Positions 13,001 to 25,195 of a DNA stretch of 64,000 bases are shown here, in pieces; the stretch's first letter is position 1; every line of letters begins with the position of its first letter. The DNA comes from Phoronis australis (Eukaryota; Animalia; Phoronida). Under the pieces are notes generated by a model, which had not been told where the DNA came from, did no database searches, and saw only the letters and a list, made by a program, of their open reading frames with translations. Location of the stretch: assembly GCA_002633005.1 (NCBI GenBank), contig NMRA01000548.1, positions 62,001 to 126,000 on the forward strand. Direction: 5' to 3'. The position numbers and the translations under genes were made by a program.

Positions 13001-16000
13001 TGGTGGCCANACTGCAATGGACTGTGATGGTGAGTTAAAACTGTTGCTCTGTTTTGAAATGTTTAATTTTTTAACAAAATTTCTTGGTACTAGATTTTCC
13101 TTAATTCAGCATGCTGTAACAGATTTCGAGGGTCTAAGATCTGTTTTATGATAAGTCGCTTGAGATTTAAGTCACTTGAGATTTAAGTCACTTGAGATTT
13201 AAGTCTGAGATTTTGTGTTTGAGCTCCCACTTTGCTACTAAATAATGTTTTTGCATTTTTATTCTCTTCTTTGTTAAGCAACATTTTATACAAATTATCT
13301 GTATATCTAGCTGTTAAAGATGAGTTCTTGAAGATTTTTTTTCCTTGCTGAAATGTTATCAAATTATTTTTCGAATTTAGTGGTGTGGAGTGTAACATAA
13401 AATTGCTTTCGTCACAGTGTGTTCTTGTGTAGATGAGAAATCAGTGCAGTTACTTGTAAATTGGAAGACTTTACAAACATAATTATACTATTAGTCGTCT
13501 GAGATCATTTTTAATGTCTTGTTTTAGATTGACCAAACTGATTTTTGAATTACTGCGATTGTTGTAACTATGGGATTATGGAGCTTTGTCTTGTCAGTCA
13601 CAATGACCTGTTGAGCTTACCATACGACCGGACCCTTCATCTTGCATGAGATTTTTACCTATTCGAATATCTCCAAATTCTTGTATAGGAGAATTCTGAT
13701 AAGGGATAAGAATTTTACATGGTCTGTATGTGCACAAGCCAAATCAGTCTATTTTGTAAAGAATTCATGCATTGGTGATACCACTAGGTGGAATCTCTTT
13801 TGTAACTTGCCTAATCAAAAGAAGCTGATTCAGAATTTCCTAGAGGGGGTGTTTTCTGTCACCTGATGTGATAATATAGGACCCAGACATTCAGAGCTGA
13901 TGAAATAGAAGTCTGTTTTTTTAAATGTAATCACTATGTTTATCGTGATAATGCCTTAAACCTGTTTCTGAGGACAATTCCTTTAAGTTGAGTACACTGT
14001 CTTGTAATGTGCATAATTTTTGCAGGAAAGCTTCTAGCCACAGGTAGTGACGACAGCAGTTTCATAGTGTGGGAAGTCATATCTGGTCAAATTCGACACA
14101 GACTCAACTATCACTCAGATGCCGTAAATGTCATTAAGATGAAGGTATATAATTCTGGGAATCAACAACAAATCGTAGTTTTCTGGAATTGCTGTTTCAA
14201 AAAAATGTCTTCTGCAATTCTTAGTCATTGTCTTTCCATGCTTCTTGTGCCTTGTGTTATGTGACCGTTCTTTTTTCACTGGAAGAACCTGGTTGGGGCT
14301 GGAAAATGCTTTCAGTTTGCTTTGTACAGCCTGCATAGAGTCTGTTACTCTGGATGAAAATAAATTTGTCATGAGGTTGGCCAATTGCATTTTGGGAAGC
14401 TGAACTGTACAGCAATGTGGTGGCCATTTTCTACACATGATGATAAAAAATGGATCTTCTCTGAAGTGTCAAACAACTTTCAGGGGCACAAGATAGTCAC
14501 TGGCTGTGCAGATGGTGTTATCCGTGTGATTGACCTCTATAGTGGTAAATTGATGGTCAGCTTCACTGGACATTGCAGTGTGGATCACTTGCACTTTGAT
14601 GGAGAATCCATTGTTAGTGTCAGCGCGGACAGGTGAGTTTCACTGGCCTTTTTATAGATAGCAAATTCTGTTAATGCACATGTCTGAAAAGAGATTTGTG
14701 GGATATTTTTCACCTACGCCACCTGTTGTCTGGAAATGTGTCTTATCAGCTATGTAGGAACAATTCCTCTTAATCCATTACCCATATCATGTCTTCCTCT
14801 ATCTTTAAGGTTAATTGAATTGACAGAGTTATTGTTGACGTATTGTTGGCAAAGCAGTGTAATGGTCAAGCACATAAATATAGTTACAGACACTAACAAT
14901 TACACTTAACTGAGTTGAGCCAATGCGTCAACGCTGAGTATATAGTGGCTTAGAATGTCTTAGGTGTGCTATGAAAGAAGCCCATGGCACTCATGGACAA
15001 AGTTACTTTAGTGCGTTTGTATGCTTGATAACTTTGCAAAAGTATTGTTTGGCTGACACAATTTTCATTTCCATATAATTATTTATTGCAGAGCAATTCG
15101 TTTATGGAGTCTCCAAAATAAAAAACTTATAACGACGTTGCGAGGTCACAGCGATGAAATCGAGGTACTAGGCTTTTGAAATGTATTTGCTTGGAATTTG
15201 AAGTGTTGCCATTTCTTTATTCTGACTCAACAAAGCAAAGTCCATCTTTTATTTCATCATCTTTCTGGATGTCATATCACACAGAGGGATGTTATTTCTT
15301 ATTGATTCGAAATCATTTTTATGTTCATTTATATGCAACAGCTTTATCAAAGCTCTGACTTTGTATGTAACATAACTGATAACGATGCTGTTTTTGGAGT
15401 AACTCTCAGTCTTCTCAGACAAATACTCTTGAAGGTAGTTACAGTCATAAAACATACACATTAAGATTTGTTCATACTTAATCATTGTTATTTTGTCACT
15501 TTCATGTTACCAGTGCCTGGCAGTGTATGGGACGTTAGCTGTGACAGGATCTTGGGATTGCACTCTCATGCTGTGGGACCTTGAAACTCACGACCACCGG
15601 CTGACCCTTGAAGGTCACAAAGAAGGTATGACAAACAATTCTAGTTTCTTTGACATTCTAAAAGCTCTGTGCGATGTTTTACTTGTCTGTCATGAGATGT
15701 TACAGACATAGTCTTTTGATGTCTCATGCGCACAGACTTTTTAAAAACCTCGCTCTTGCTTGTTGCACAAATGTTGCCTTGTTTATGATCTTGCGATCTA
15801 TTCTGTATTTGAAGTTTGTTTTATTTTAAACAGCTTTGACAGCTGTATGCAAATAGGCATTTCATTTAGGTATTTCTGTGCTTATTCTATAAATTATATA
15901 GAGCCAATGAACTCTGCTTTTCTGTTGAACGTTTCATTTAATTTGTTCATTGAAAGATGAGCTTGGTGAAAACTTCTTCAGTTGGCAGTTAAACAAAAAT

Positions 16001-17981
16001 CAAATTATATATTGTATTGTGTTGGGTTAAATGAAACTTGGCTTTTCAGCGCACAGACTTTAAAGTGAAATTTTAAGAGTGTTTATAAGTTAATTACATG
16101 GAGAAATGTTGTGTTTTTAGTTGTCAACTGTTGCCAACTGGATGATCGTCAGATTCTCAGTGGGAGTGCTGACAGTACATTGATCCTTTGGAGCACAGAA
16201 TCTGGAAGTATTATTACTCGTTTCTATGGACACACAGAGGAAGTGGTGCGTAGTAATAGAACTAATTAAATTATTTCTCAACTTTGAAAAATCAATTAAC
16301 AGTGGTTTTTATTAAGATCATTTTTTTACTTGATTTGATAAAATTAATGTGATATGCAAAATACATAAGGGTATTCTCAAAGTGCCACCATTTGATGTCC
16401 TCTGTATCATAGCCACCTGAGAAAGAGTTGAACCAGAAGATCTCTGACAATTTTCTGTCTTATGTGTAAATAATCAAGGTATTAAGTATTCCTCCCAACA
16501 GTTGTTTTAATAGTGTTCTGTCACTATTCATAAAGTCACATTTTGTGAGGCGTATCTCTCTTAGCAAAATCATGCAAGTCTTCGCGATATAGGGTCATAC
16601 ATTACAAGTCAAGTATGTGATCTCACAAGCTTTCACGTGAAAGTTCTTGCATCACACAAAGGACCTCTGATGTGTTTTGACTTACATTTTATGCTTTTTC
16701 CATACAGGAAATTTAATGTCCTGTTTTACTTTCAGTACTGCTGTGCATACAACAAAGAGGTGCTGCTGTCGGGGTCCTCAGACAGCACTGTCAGAGTGTG
16801 GGGATATGATGGTACTGGCTTAACATTTAAAGAAAATTATTGATACAATCTTGTTAATGTAGTAATTCACAATGCTGGACTTAAGTTTGTTAACATTTTT
16901 TTGCAAAATGATAGCTTGTGGATATAAGCTTTTTGGTCTTTAAATTTGCACAGAGAGGAACTGCAATTAAGTTATAAGTAGGTTAGCAAATGTGGCGTGC
17001 TTTCTTGTGATGGTTATTGAATTGTACTGCACAAAAAATGATGTTTCTATTGTGGCAATAATAAGTACTATATTTTTGTCTCCTTTTTCTCAATGAAATT
17101 TGATAATGTCTAAAATAACTAATTGTTTCTCGTTAAATGTTCATTCGAGTTTATTAGTCTTGCGTACTAACGTCTGGTATGATTGAAATTTTTTTTAGGC
17201 CAATGCAAGTTTGTATTACATGAACACATTGGAGTAGTGAGATGTCTTCATTTGGATCTGATATCTTCTGGGAGATTTGTCACCGGAGGGGACCAGAAAA
17301 AAGTTGTTGTCTGGGATTACAAGGTGATTATTTTATAGGCATAGTTGCGCAAAACCAAGATATTACTTCTAATCTGAGATGAAATAATTTGAGGTCATTT
17401 TTTGTAACGCTAAGTGGTTTAAGTGAAAAGATATTTTAGTTCCTGAAACTGGTCATCGCAGTACTTTGCAATGTTATTGGTTGAAATATTTTAAGTTGCT
17501 GAAAAGTGTAGGTAAAGCTTGCATAAGCATAAGACAAAGTTTTACTGAAGTCGAGCAAAGTTCTGCAATATAGTTGCCCTTCAGATAAGTCATATTTTAC
17601 CGTACTTGGATGACACCTTTCAGTCCAATGGGATCCAAACTAATATGTAAAACAAAGTTCTCTGGTATAGTTGCTCTTCAGATAAATCATATTTTCCCGT
17701 ACTTGGATGATATCTCTCGGTCCAATTGGATCCAAATTATGTTACGTTTTACTATAATACAAGATTAAACTTGGCTGTGTAAACTACACATGTTTCTCTG
17801 TGTTCAAGTTTTGCCTGATTGACTTCTAAGATTCTGTTATCTTTTTCTTTAGGAGGGCAAGTGTCTCAATGTTGTTCATCGCCACCCTACGAGGCTGCAC
17901 CTGATGTGGGTTAATGAGTCCAAATTGATTACAGCATCACCTGAGAAAGCAGGAACAGTTACTGTCATTAGCTATTGGTAG
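10093..17981 (+). CDS. F-box/WD40-repeat protein (FBXW-type SCF substrate receptor); assembly shows a 1-nt frameshift and a duplicated exon
   Basis: Exons: 10093-10223 (F-box MDFVDYLPKELSDEIFTYLPAKTLGIVALCCQKWR), 10689-10817 (WIHHCMVKGW; 1 nt too long), 11965-12117 (WKSVYVRVLHLNNNW...LRGHKDRVTAMD), 12609-12727 or 14026-14144 (LATGSDDSSFIVWE), 14484-14632, 15092-15164, 15514-15625 (VTGSWDCTLMLWD), 16121-16245, 16736-16811, 17199-17323, 17853-17981 (stop TAG). All are GT-AG, with repeated GH...WD motifs. Confidence 0.88.
10848..10984. mobile_element. Short MITE with CAGGGGTGGATCC termini and 5-bp target-site duplication
   Basis: caggggtggatccagg ... cttggatctgcctttg, flanked by TAAGC on both sides (10843-10847, 10985-10989). 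Confidence 0.65.
11191..11508. mobile_element. Non-autonomous TTAA-type element with GGTTATGT termini (same terminal family as 101-475)
   Basis: ataa|ggttatgt ... acatgacc|ttaa. Confidence 0.5.
12099..14427 (+). repeat. Near-identical tandem duplication (~0.9 kb unit) inside the F-box gene
   Basis: 12099-13009 is repeated as 13011-14427. The second copy has an extra ~500 bp (13129-13630) containing a 17-bp tandem repeat (cttgagatttaagtca x3). Only scattered substitutions separate the copies. Confidence 0.92.
17556..17738 (+). repeat. Diverged ~97-bp tandem duplication in an intron
   Basis: caaagttct...tatagttgc..ttcagataa.tcatatttt.ccgtacttggatga...tccaat.ggatccaaa occurs twice. Confidence 0.8.
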
Positions 17982-18702
17982 CCATGCTTAACATGACACA
18001 TCATGAGAATTCACACATGAGGTCACTAGATGGCAGTGTGAACACCAAGCAGTCAGAACACCAAGTCACTGAGAATGTTATATTGACTTAAAACATTAAG
18101 TGATAAAAAACAAGAGCACTTTCAGAGACCAGAATCTTTTAGAGTACAGTGTGTGCTTGCAGAAAGTATGGTAAAATTTTCCAATAATTGCTCAAAATGC
18201 TGCTTTCCACCTATTTTTCATCAACTTACTATTTTGTCACCACTTGTTGTTTTCTGACACCTGTACAAGTACAAAGTATGTAAGGAGGACTTTGAAACAT
18301 TTAATTATATTGTCAAATTTGATATCTATTGCCATACTTTGTGATACATGTATTTTGAAGATTTTTATCATGTTCATGAGTGTGTGGCATAAGGAGTTTT
18401 CAAGTTCGTAAACAGTCGTCCTGATTGAATGCGTTATCAATGTCAGTAGTTAGACAGTTTCATTGATGGAGGACTTGCGGTCCTCCTATGTTTGTCCGTA
18501 GCTGCACCCCTGTGGTTGAGATCATAGATCTGTGCTCGAGGTATATTCAAGTATCAAGTCCATACACCTATATCCTAAACAAGGCTTTTTGAGTCGTAAA
18601 ATTGTAATTCGCACACAGATGTGTGATCCCGGGCTCCATTTAAAGAAGCAGTCAGCTATTCTTAGTACATGGGGATCTCAGTTTTTTATGTTTTTTACCG
18701 GA

Positions 18703-18942
18703 GGAGGTAATGTGGCCTTGTGGCATAAGTGTCTGCTTCTCTTTCAAAAGGCATGGGTACGAGTCCACTGGGGCACACTCGGTGCTAACCCTTGAGTCAG
18801 CTCTCTAGCTCCTCAGCTCTGTTTTAACTGTACATTAATAAAGCATAACAATGGTTCCAGGTGATCATTGTATTGTGCCCATGTGAGCAGCCTGCACATG
18901 ATTGGTTCAACATGTACCAGAACGCCTACAGTTGTTTTTTAT
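18703..18942 (+). mobile_element. tRNA-derived SINE copy
   Basis: Head has an A-box-like tgtggccttgtgg and a B-box-like gggtacgagtcc. The body (ccactggggcacact...gagtcag.tctc.agctcctcagct...aatggttccaggt.atca) matches the reverse complement of 39078-39306. Confidence 0.7.
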
Positions 18943-20715
18943 CAATTTTATGCAAAATTAGCACATTAATGAAGTCAACCTGTTAATTCAGGCTTTAATT
19001 TGGAAAAAAATCTGGTTCTTGACTGTGAATCTTCCAGTTAAAGTGAGCAATGGTCTTGCTTCAGTCCACATTGTGTGCTGTATCCCGAGGTAGTATTGCT
19101 AAAAACAAGATAAAAGACTCCTCTCCAAAACATGAATCAAAACCATTGTTTTCAATGTTAAATGATACACATCAAGATTTATTATTTTGAAACAGATAAG
19201 GTGAGTTTCATTTGAAACGTTTTTAAAGTTTGCTCATTGATCTTGGTCATTCAGCTGTTTCACACATGGGCATTTGTGGCTGAGTCTGGATTTAGGCGAA
19301 GCTTCAGATGGAGGCTTATGAGCTTAAAGATGAACGTATACAATAAGGAGGAACAGCTCTTGACGTAGGGTCAGTTAAGTTGTAGTTAAAAACACAGAAT
19401 TTCCTGTTTTATGAATATTTTTGTCATTATACAAAGGTTGATTGTTACACAGTGTAGTAGTAAAATGAATTCCTTGTTGGATCTTTTATCAACTGTGAAA
19501 CATTTTGTGGGTAACTTATTAAATATAGGCCTACTATGTGTTTCTTTGATAAAGATGAGATTAAATATTTATGCTCACAGTCGACAATTCTTGAACACTT
19601 TACCTCTAGTGTATTTAGTGTACAATTATGATGAGTTTAATTTATCACTATGCCTCACCAATACTTTACAATTTTCATACACCCTCATATCGAGTGTTGG
19701 AACACATTGCCGTCATCTCGGTCTGTATCAGCTTGTTGTCCTCAACCGCTTCTAATGGTATGCCTGTATTCGTGGTAAGGGATGATGACGACTTTTGGAC
19801 GGATTATGCTGTGCCATCTGGTGGCAATTAATTTTGTGCGTGGGAATTTATATCTGCCAAGTCTGCAGTCCCCATTGGTTTTTTTCAATCGTATAATTAA
19901 GGAAATGAATTCTCAAGCTTTATGTTTTGATTCCGACACGATCCGAAAAACAGATTGCCATTGTACATTAAACCCGTATTTTTGACACCTCTCATGTATG
20001 AGTGATTCGGGGCAAATCATTCGTAATTCCACAAGGTTCTTTTTGTGAAGAAAGGTTGAGTTCAGTTGATGCATGAATCTGGCGGAGGAATTCAGCTTGT
20101 GTGATTACGTGCTCCGCTTATAATTCATGACGATATCTCGCGAAGTCTTGCGTGATCTTGTGTTTTTGCGAGGTTCTCGCGTCTACGGATACACGCCAGT
20201 TTTTCCTAGCACTCATGATTTTTAGGCGTTGCTCAGCACAGATATTCTGTTGACTTGGCAAATGTTATGATTTGCATTTTAACATCATTAGCAGAGCGCT
20301 TAGCTAATTTTGTATCATATTGCCCAAGCAAGATTGCTCAAATGCAATGACAGTGCACATGATTTGAGAGCTTTTATGGCTGTAGCATTATCATGTGTGC
20401 ATTTCGACTGAGACAAACGGCACCATGGGTTAATGTGGGACTCCACTTTAATCAGAGTACAGTAGAAAAATGCAGCTGCCAAAGTTCGAGCTGTACAAAT
20501 CAGGCCACAGCAAGACATGAGCAAAACCTCATGGTCAAAGTTCCCAGCGTTCCGTATGAATTAAAATGCTACCAAATCCTGTTTTGGTCCATTAACAGAT
20601 CTTATAAACGACTTAATCCAATTCCCTGAAACGAAATAATGGTCTATAATCCCCCTCGACAAGCCTAAAAAGTTTGGAGGAAAATTTGTAAACTCGTTTC
20701 GAACTTTGTTAAACG

Positions 20716-20960
20716 GGCAAGCCTGACTTACATTTTTAGCGAATTAAGACTGTGGGGAAAAACACCTACCAACTGAAAACCATAATATCCAATCTGTGAC
20801 GTGGGGAACATGAGTTTTTAGTTGATTCCTGTTTTTAGCTAAACTGGCAAGCGTGACCTACGCATTTAGCGAATTACAGTGCAACTGTGGGGAAAACTCG
20901 CCAAAAACCATAATATCCAATCTGTTGGATAGTACGAGTTTTTAGTTGATTCCTGTTTTA
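20716..20960 (+). repeat. ~125-bp tandem duplication
   Basis: ggcaagc.tgac.tac.catttagcgaatta...ctgtggggaaaa...aaaaccataatatccaatctgt...gagtttttagttgattcctgtttt occurs twice. Confidence 0.8.
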
Positions 20961-22015
20961 TCTTTCTATATTCACGCCAATGATGCATTAGCAAGTGACA
21001 AAACGAAGATTGGTTGAAATAATCACAACTGAGGGTTTAGTATCCTTTTAAGACACTCAAGAGAAGGGCGAACGGAAATTTCCGAAAACTGGCCTACCCT
21101 AAAGTACGCCCATGGGCGTGTTTTCGGGAAAAAATCCAAAAGTACGCCTATTAGGGTATTTTACTTTCTTTAATTGCTTGCATGTTTTGAAAAGATTATG
21201 CATTGTTCTGATCCGTATGTAACCTGTTCTGGTGTAAAATTGTGTTTGGATTGACTTGACACTGTATTTTGGGATCGCGATTTCGAACGACTATCTTTCA
21301 ACGAAATATTGTGTGACTTTGTTGATAACTAGCCTTATTAGCACAGTTTGGAGGCAGTTTTAGTGACAGTTCCCGAAAACACGGATCACTTTTCCGAAAA
21401 TACGCTTGGACATATTTTTGGTTTCACGGCATTTGTCGTTATCATTGTCGTTTTCCGAATATTCAACCATGGCCTATTTTTTTTGAAAATTCCCAGTGTG
21501 ACCACTGCTTCAGTTGTAATGCGTCATATGGCGATATCTTACGAAGTTTTGCGTCATCTTTCGTTTTTGCGAGATTCGTGCGTTTAATGAACGCAGACCT
21601 ATTTTCATGTTTCAATTTTTACTTAGCGACGTACAGTGACATTGCCGAAACTTGTGTACATGTTCCACAACACCACGCTTGCGAGTACGGAAAATTGGCC
21701 ATGAAAACCCAAGTCAATATATGATCGCCCCTCTAAACTTCAGTCTCCAGGTTGCAGGATTCCAAAGTTAGCATTAGTGGGACAACTGAAATCATCGCCT
21801 TGTTGCATAACCTAGCTCAGGTAGGATGAACACATTACGTTACACTTGCGTTGAAATACGTTCACTTAAAGAAACTCCATGCATAAAAATTATTCTACTT
21901 TGTCAAATTCCTTCCCCTCTGCCCCCTTGCTACTTTCCCTTGCAAAAGTTCCCACAAAGAATCCAATGAACTGAGTGAATTTTTAAGAAACATTTTACCG
22001 AATGCTACCCACACC

Positions 22016-22310
22016 ATGAATTTCACCGGAAAAAGTGTCACAGGTGAAACGCTGCCAGAGGAGATGAAGAAGTGTGTGGTAATTCATATAGCCAATGCAA
22101 AATTTTTGAAAACTTGCTTGAAAATACTTCCGAACGTGGCCACAGTATCTGCACTGAGTTGGATTGAAAAAATAATTAGATGTTGTATTGTTTACAATGA
22201 TACAATCAGCGTTAAGTATTGAGACCGACTGAAGAGTGAAGTGAAGGGTGTTAGTACAGCCAAGACATTTTTGATTTGGAATGAGTTGTTGACTTGTTTC
22301 AATCACTCAA
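22016..22310 (+). pseudogene. Degenerate BEN-domain-like coding remnant
   Basis: MNFTGKSVTGETLP...WIEKIIRCCI resembles the BEN-domain pattern (N-x-T-G-K, LP, C-terminal helix). In-frame stop at 22220-22222. Recognised by eye only. Confidence 0.3.
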
Positions 22311-22429
22311 CTAATGAATCAATCATTTATTGTACATAATCAGCACAGGCACGCACTTTTTTACGAACAAAGGCACCACTGTTCTCAATACCAATGGCAC
22401 TGCTTGCCAAGACCTATTGTGATTGTCAC

Positions 22430-24430
22430 TCACTGGTACTGTGCCTTACAAATGACACTCGTAAAATCGTTCGGTGCACTGATTAGTAACGCACATTTCA
22501 TGCGCAGCCAGCGGGTACATATATCACATATTATCCACTTGTGTGGCCCATTTCGTCCTACACACCCAACCATGTCACAGATAAAGTTGGCCTCCTTTTG
22601 TGATGTGGTGTTCCGGTTATCAAAGTTTTTTTAATAAAGTTACGCATATTCTTCACATGCTCTTGCTTGATCAAGTGCAGTGGCACTGGATTTAAAATGG
22701 CGTATGCATTCTGAAAATAGAAATCATAGTTCACCTTTTTAAAACATTCGCTCCTTAATTAACTTTCTAAATGCAGAACAGTTAAACCAAAGGGGAAAAC
22801 ATTGAAATCAAAGAAAACAATAAAATTCAGTCCACATTTGCAATGGAAGGTTTATTTTTCCACAACCTTTTTGTTCTTGTGATGTCTAAACCTATATGCC
22901 ACATGACCATGAGTATAAGGGAAGTGATAAAAACTGCCCATGTCCCAGACTCATTCAACACTAAAACTTACGAGTAGAAATATTGGTTCACAGCTGTGGC
23001 CATCGCTCTGTTGACCAGATTTGGTGTGAACCGCGGTCCACACCTCATGTTTTGTTGTAGTGTTTTTTCTCTGATGAATCTCCTGAAAAAACACGTTACA
23101 CGATTTTCATGCATATCCTTAATGTTCACAGAGTATGTTTTTGGAGTAAAATATGTTCCAGAGATCTGTTTAAAAGATGCAGTACACATTGACCATAGAT
23201 GTCAGATATAGTGTCGTTAGGTACTTCCACCAGCATTGGAAAGTTGTGACAAGGATTACATCTATTATGACCTTGCAGAAAACAACGTTTTGCATGGCTG
23301 TGTATCGCATCATGTACGTTTCTTTAAATCTGGGACAAGTTTCCAATACATGCACCACATGGAAGAATTGTTGGAAATTTGAGTTTGAATGCGGACTCTG
23401 ATCACCTACAACGGTATAGGTCAATTTGGGCATTGTCAGCGAATCATATTCCCCAACTCTTACTATGTCACACAACCAAATCCCCATTAGCTTGACTATA
23501 CTGGTAGACATGAATTACCTAAAATATTCACATGACGTCTATTGAATTTTTGTCTTTATGAAAAAGAAGTCCATTCCATCATTAAAATCACTTGTCACTT
23601 TTGTAGTGTGCTAAACAGGTGAAGAATATTTTGTGGACAATTATGCAAACACAGTGATAGAGGACATACTAATTCTTCCACACGTGTAGCAAAAGTGTTT
23701 ATGGCTGTTCACATACTTCCACGATGATGTCAACTCTGTGGTGATGGCCAAGAGAGTCTAGTACTGTTACCGTCTTCTGCTGTACGTCGGCAACTAGAAT
23801 TACCCAATGGCTTTGATTCAGGTTGATTGGCATGAAAACCCACCTGTAATCCGAAAAGTTTACCTGCAGTGAAGTTGTTACATAAAGTACATTATTTTTA
23901 TCAGTTTGTATTTCCATGGGCAAGACTGAATCTGCGGCTGCTTGACAAGATGGCTTGCCATAGTTCATATTCATCATTGTGTCTTTTTTGTGTCAATCTC
24001 ACTTGTACGGTAGTGCACTGACACTTCCTCACATAAGTCATGCATTATAAGTTCAAATCTCCAATGTCTTCAATTTGGGACAGTCTCTAGAATTTGGGAC
24101 ATGGAGATTCCCAAAGAAATAGAATTTTACGGAATTTGAGATATTTCTGCGCCTCACCATGATAATTTGGACAACGTGTTTTCAAGCTACAGAGTAGGTA
24201 ATTTAGCCATCTTTCAGGAAATTCTTGAATTTTGGATGGCCAACGTTGTTTCTTTCCACAATTTTAAACATGTTCTGACCTTAAGCTGTATAACTAATTT
24301 TTCACTTTCCCACATTGGAGAAATCTCATTGTAATTACCTTTTTAAATTGCCGCATGTTTTGAAGTCGCCTGACTTCCACTTTTCAACTTCAAAGTTGAC
24401 ATCACATGCCATCAGCACCCGAAGGAAGGG
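22430..24430 (-). mobile_element. Decayed intron-containing transposon gene with Ulp1 (C48 SUMO protease) and PHD finger; Ginger1-like
   Basis: 23863-23710 encodes VNFSDYRWVFMPINLNQSHWVILVADVQQKTVTVLDSL (Ulp1 H-W...DSL motifs). 22710-22430 encodes NAYAILNP...HVKNMRNFI, then after a frameshift CDMVGC...WIICDICTRWLRMKC...FTSVIC (PHD-like). Stops and frameshifts are present. The element abuts the assembly gap. Confidence 0.6.
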
Positions 24431-24516
24431 ATCAATAATCGAAACAATAGTATCACAATGCTCGATCAGTCAAAAATGAACATTGTCTTATTTTCCTTGA
24501 ACAGTTTTTGAGTGTC

Positions 24517-25195
24517 NNNNNNNNNNNNNNNNNNNNNNNNNNNNNNNNNNNNNNNNNNNNNNNNNNNNNNNNNNNNNNNNNNNNNNNNNNNNNNNNNNNN
24601 NNNNNNNNNNNNNNNNNNNNNNNNNNNNNNNNNNNNNNNNNNNNNNNNNNNNNNNNNNNNNNNNNNNNNNNNNNNNNNNNNNNNNNNNNNNNNNNNNNNN
24701 NNNNNNNNNNNNNNNNNNNNNNNNNNNNNNNNNNNNNNNNNNNNNNNNNNNNNNNNNNNNNNNNNNNNNNNNNNNNNNNNNNNNNNNNNNNNNNNNNNNN
24801 NNNNNNNNNNNNNNNNNNNNNNNNNNNNNNNNNNNNNNNNNNNNNNNNNNNNNNNNNNNNNNNNNNNNNNNNNNNNNNNNNNNNNNNNNNNNNNNNNNNN
24901 NNNNNNNNNNNNNNNNNNNNNNNNNNNNNNNNNNNNNNNNNNNNNNNNNNNNNNNNNNNNNNNNNNNNNNNNNNNNNNNNNNNNNNNNNNNNNNNNNNNN
25001 NNNNNNNNNNNNNNNNNNNNNNNNNNNNNNNNNNNNNNNNNNNNNNNNNNNNNNNNNNNNNNNNNNNNNNNNNNNNNNNNNNNNNNNNNNNNNNNNNNNN
25101 NNNNNNNNNNNNNNNNNNNNNNNNNNNNNNNNNNNNNNNNNNNNNNNNNNNNNNNNNNNNNNNNNNNNNNNNNNNNNNNNNNNNNNNNNNNNNNN
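24517..25195. other. Assembly gap (N run)
   Basis: Continuous N bases. Confidence 1.
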
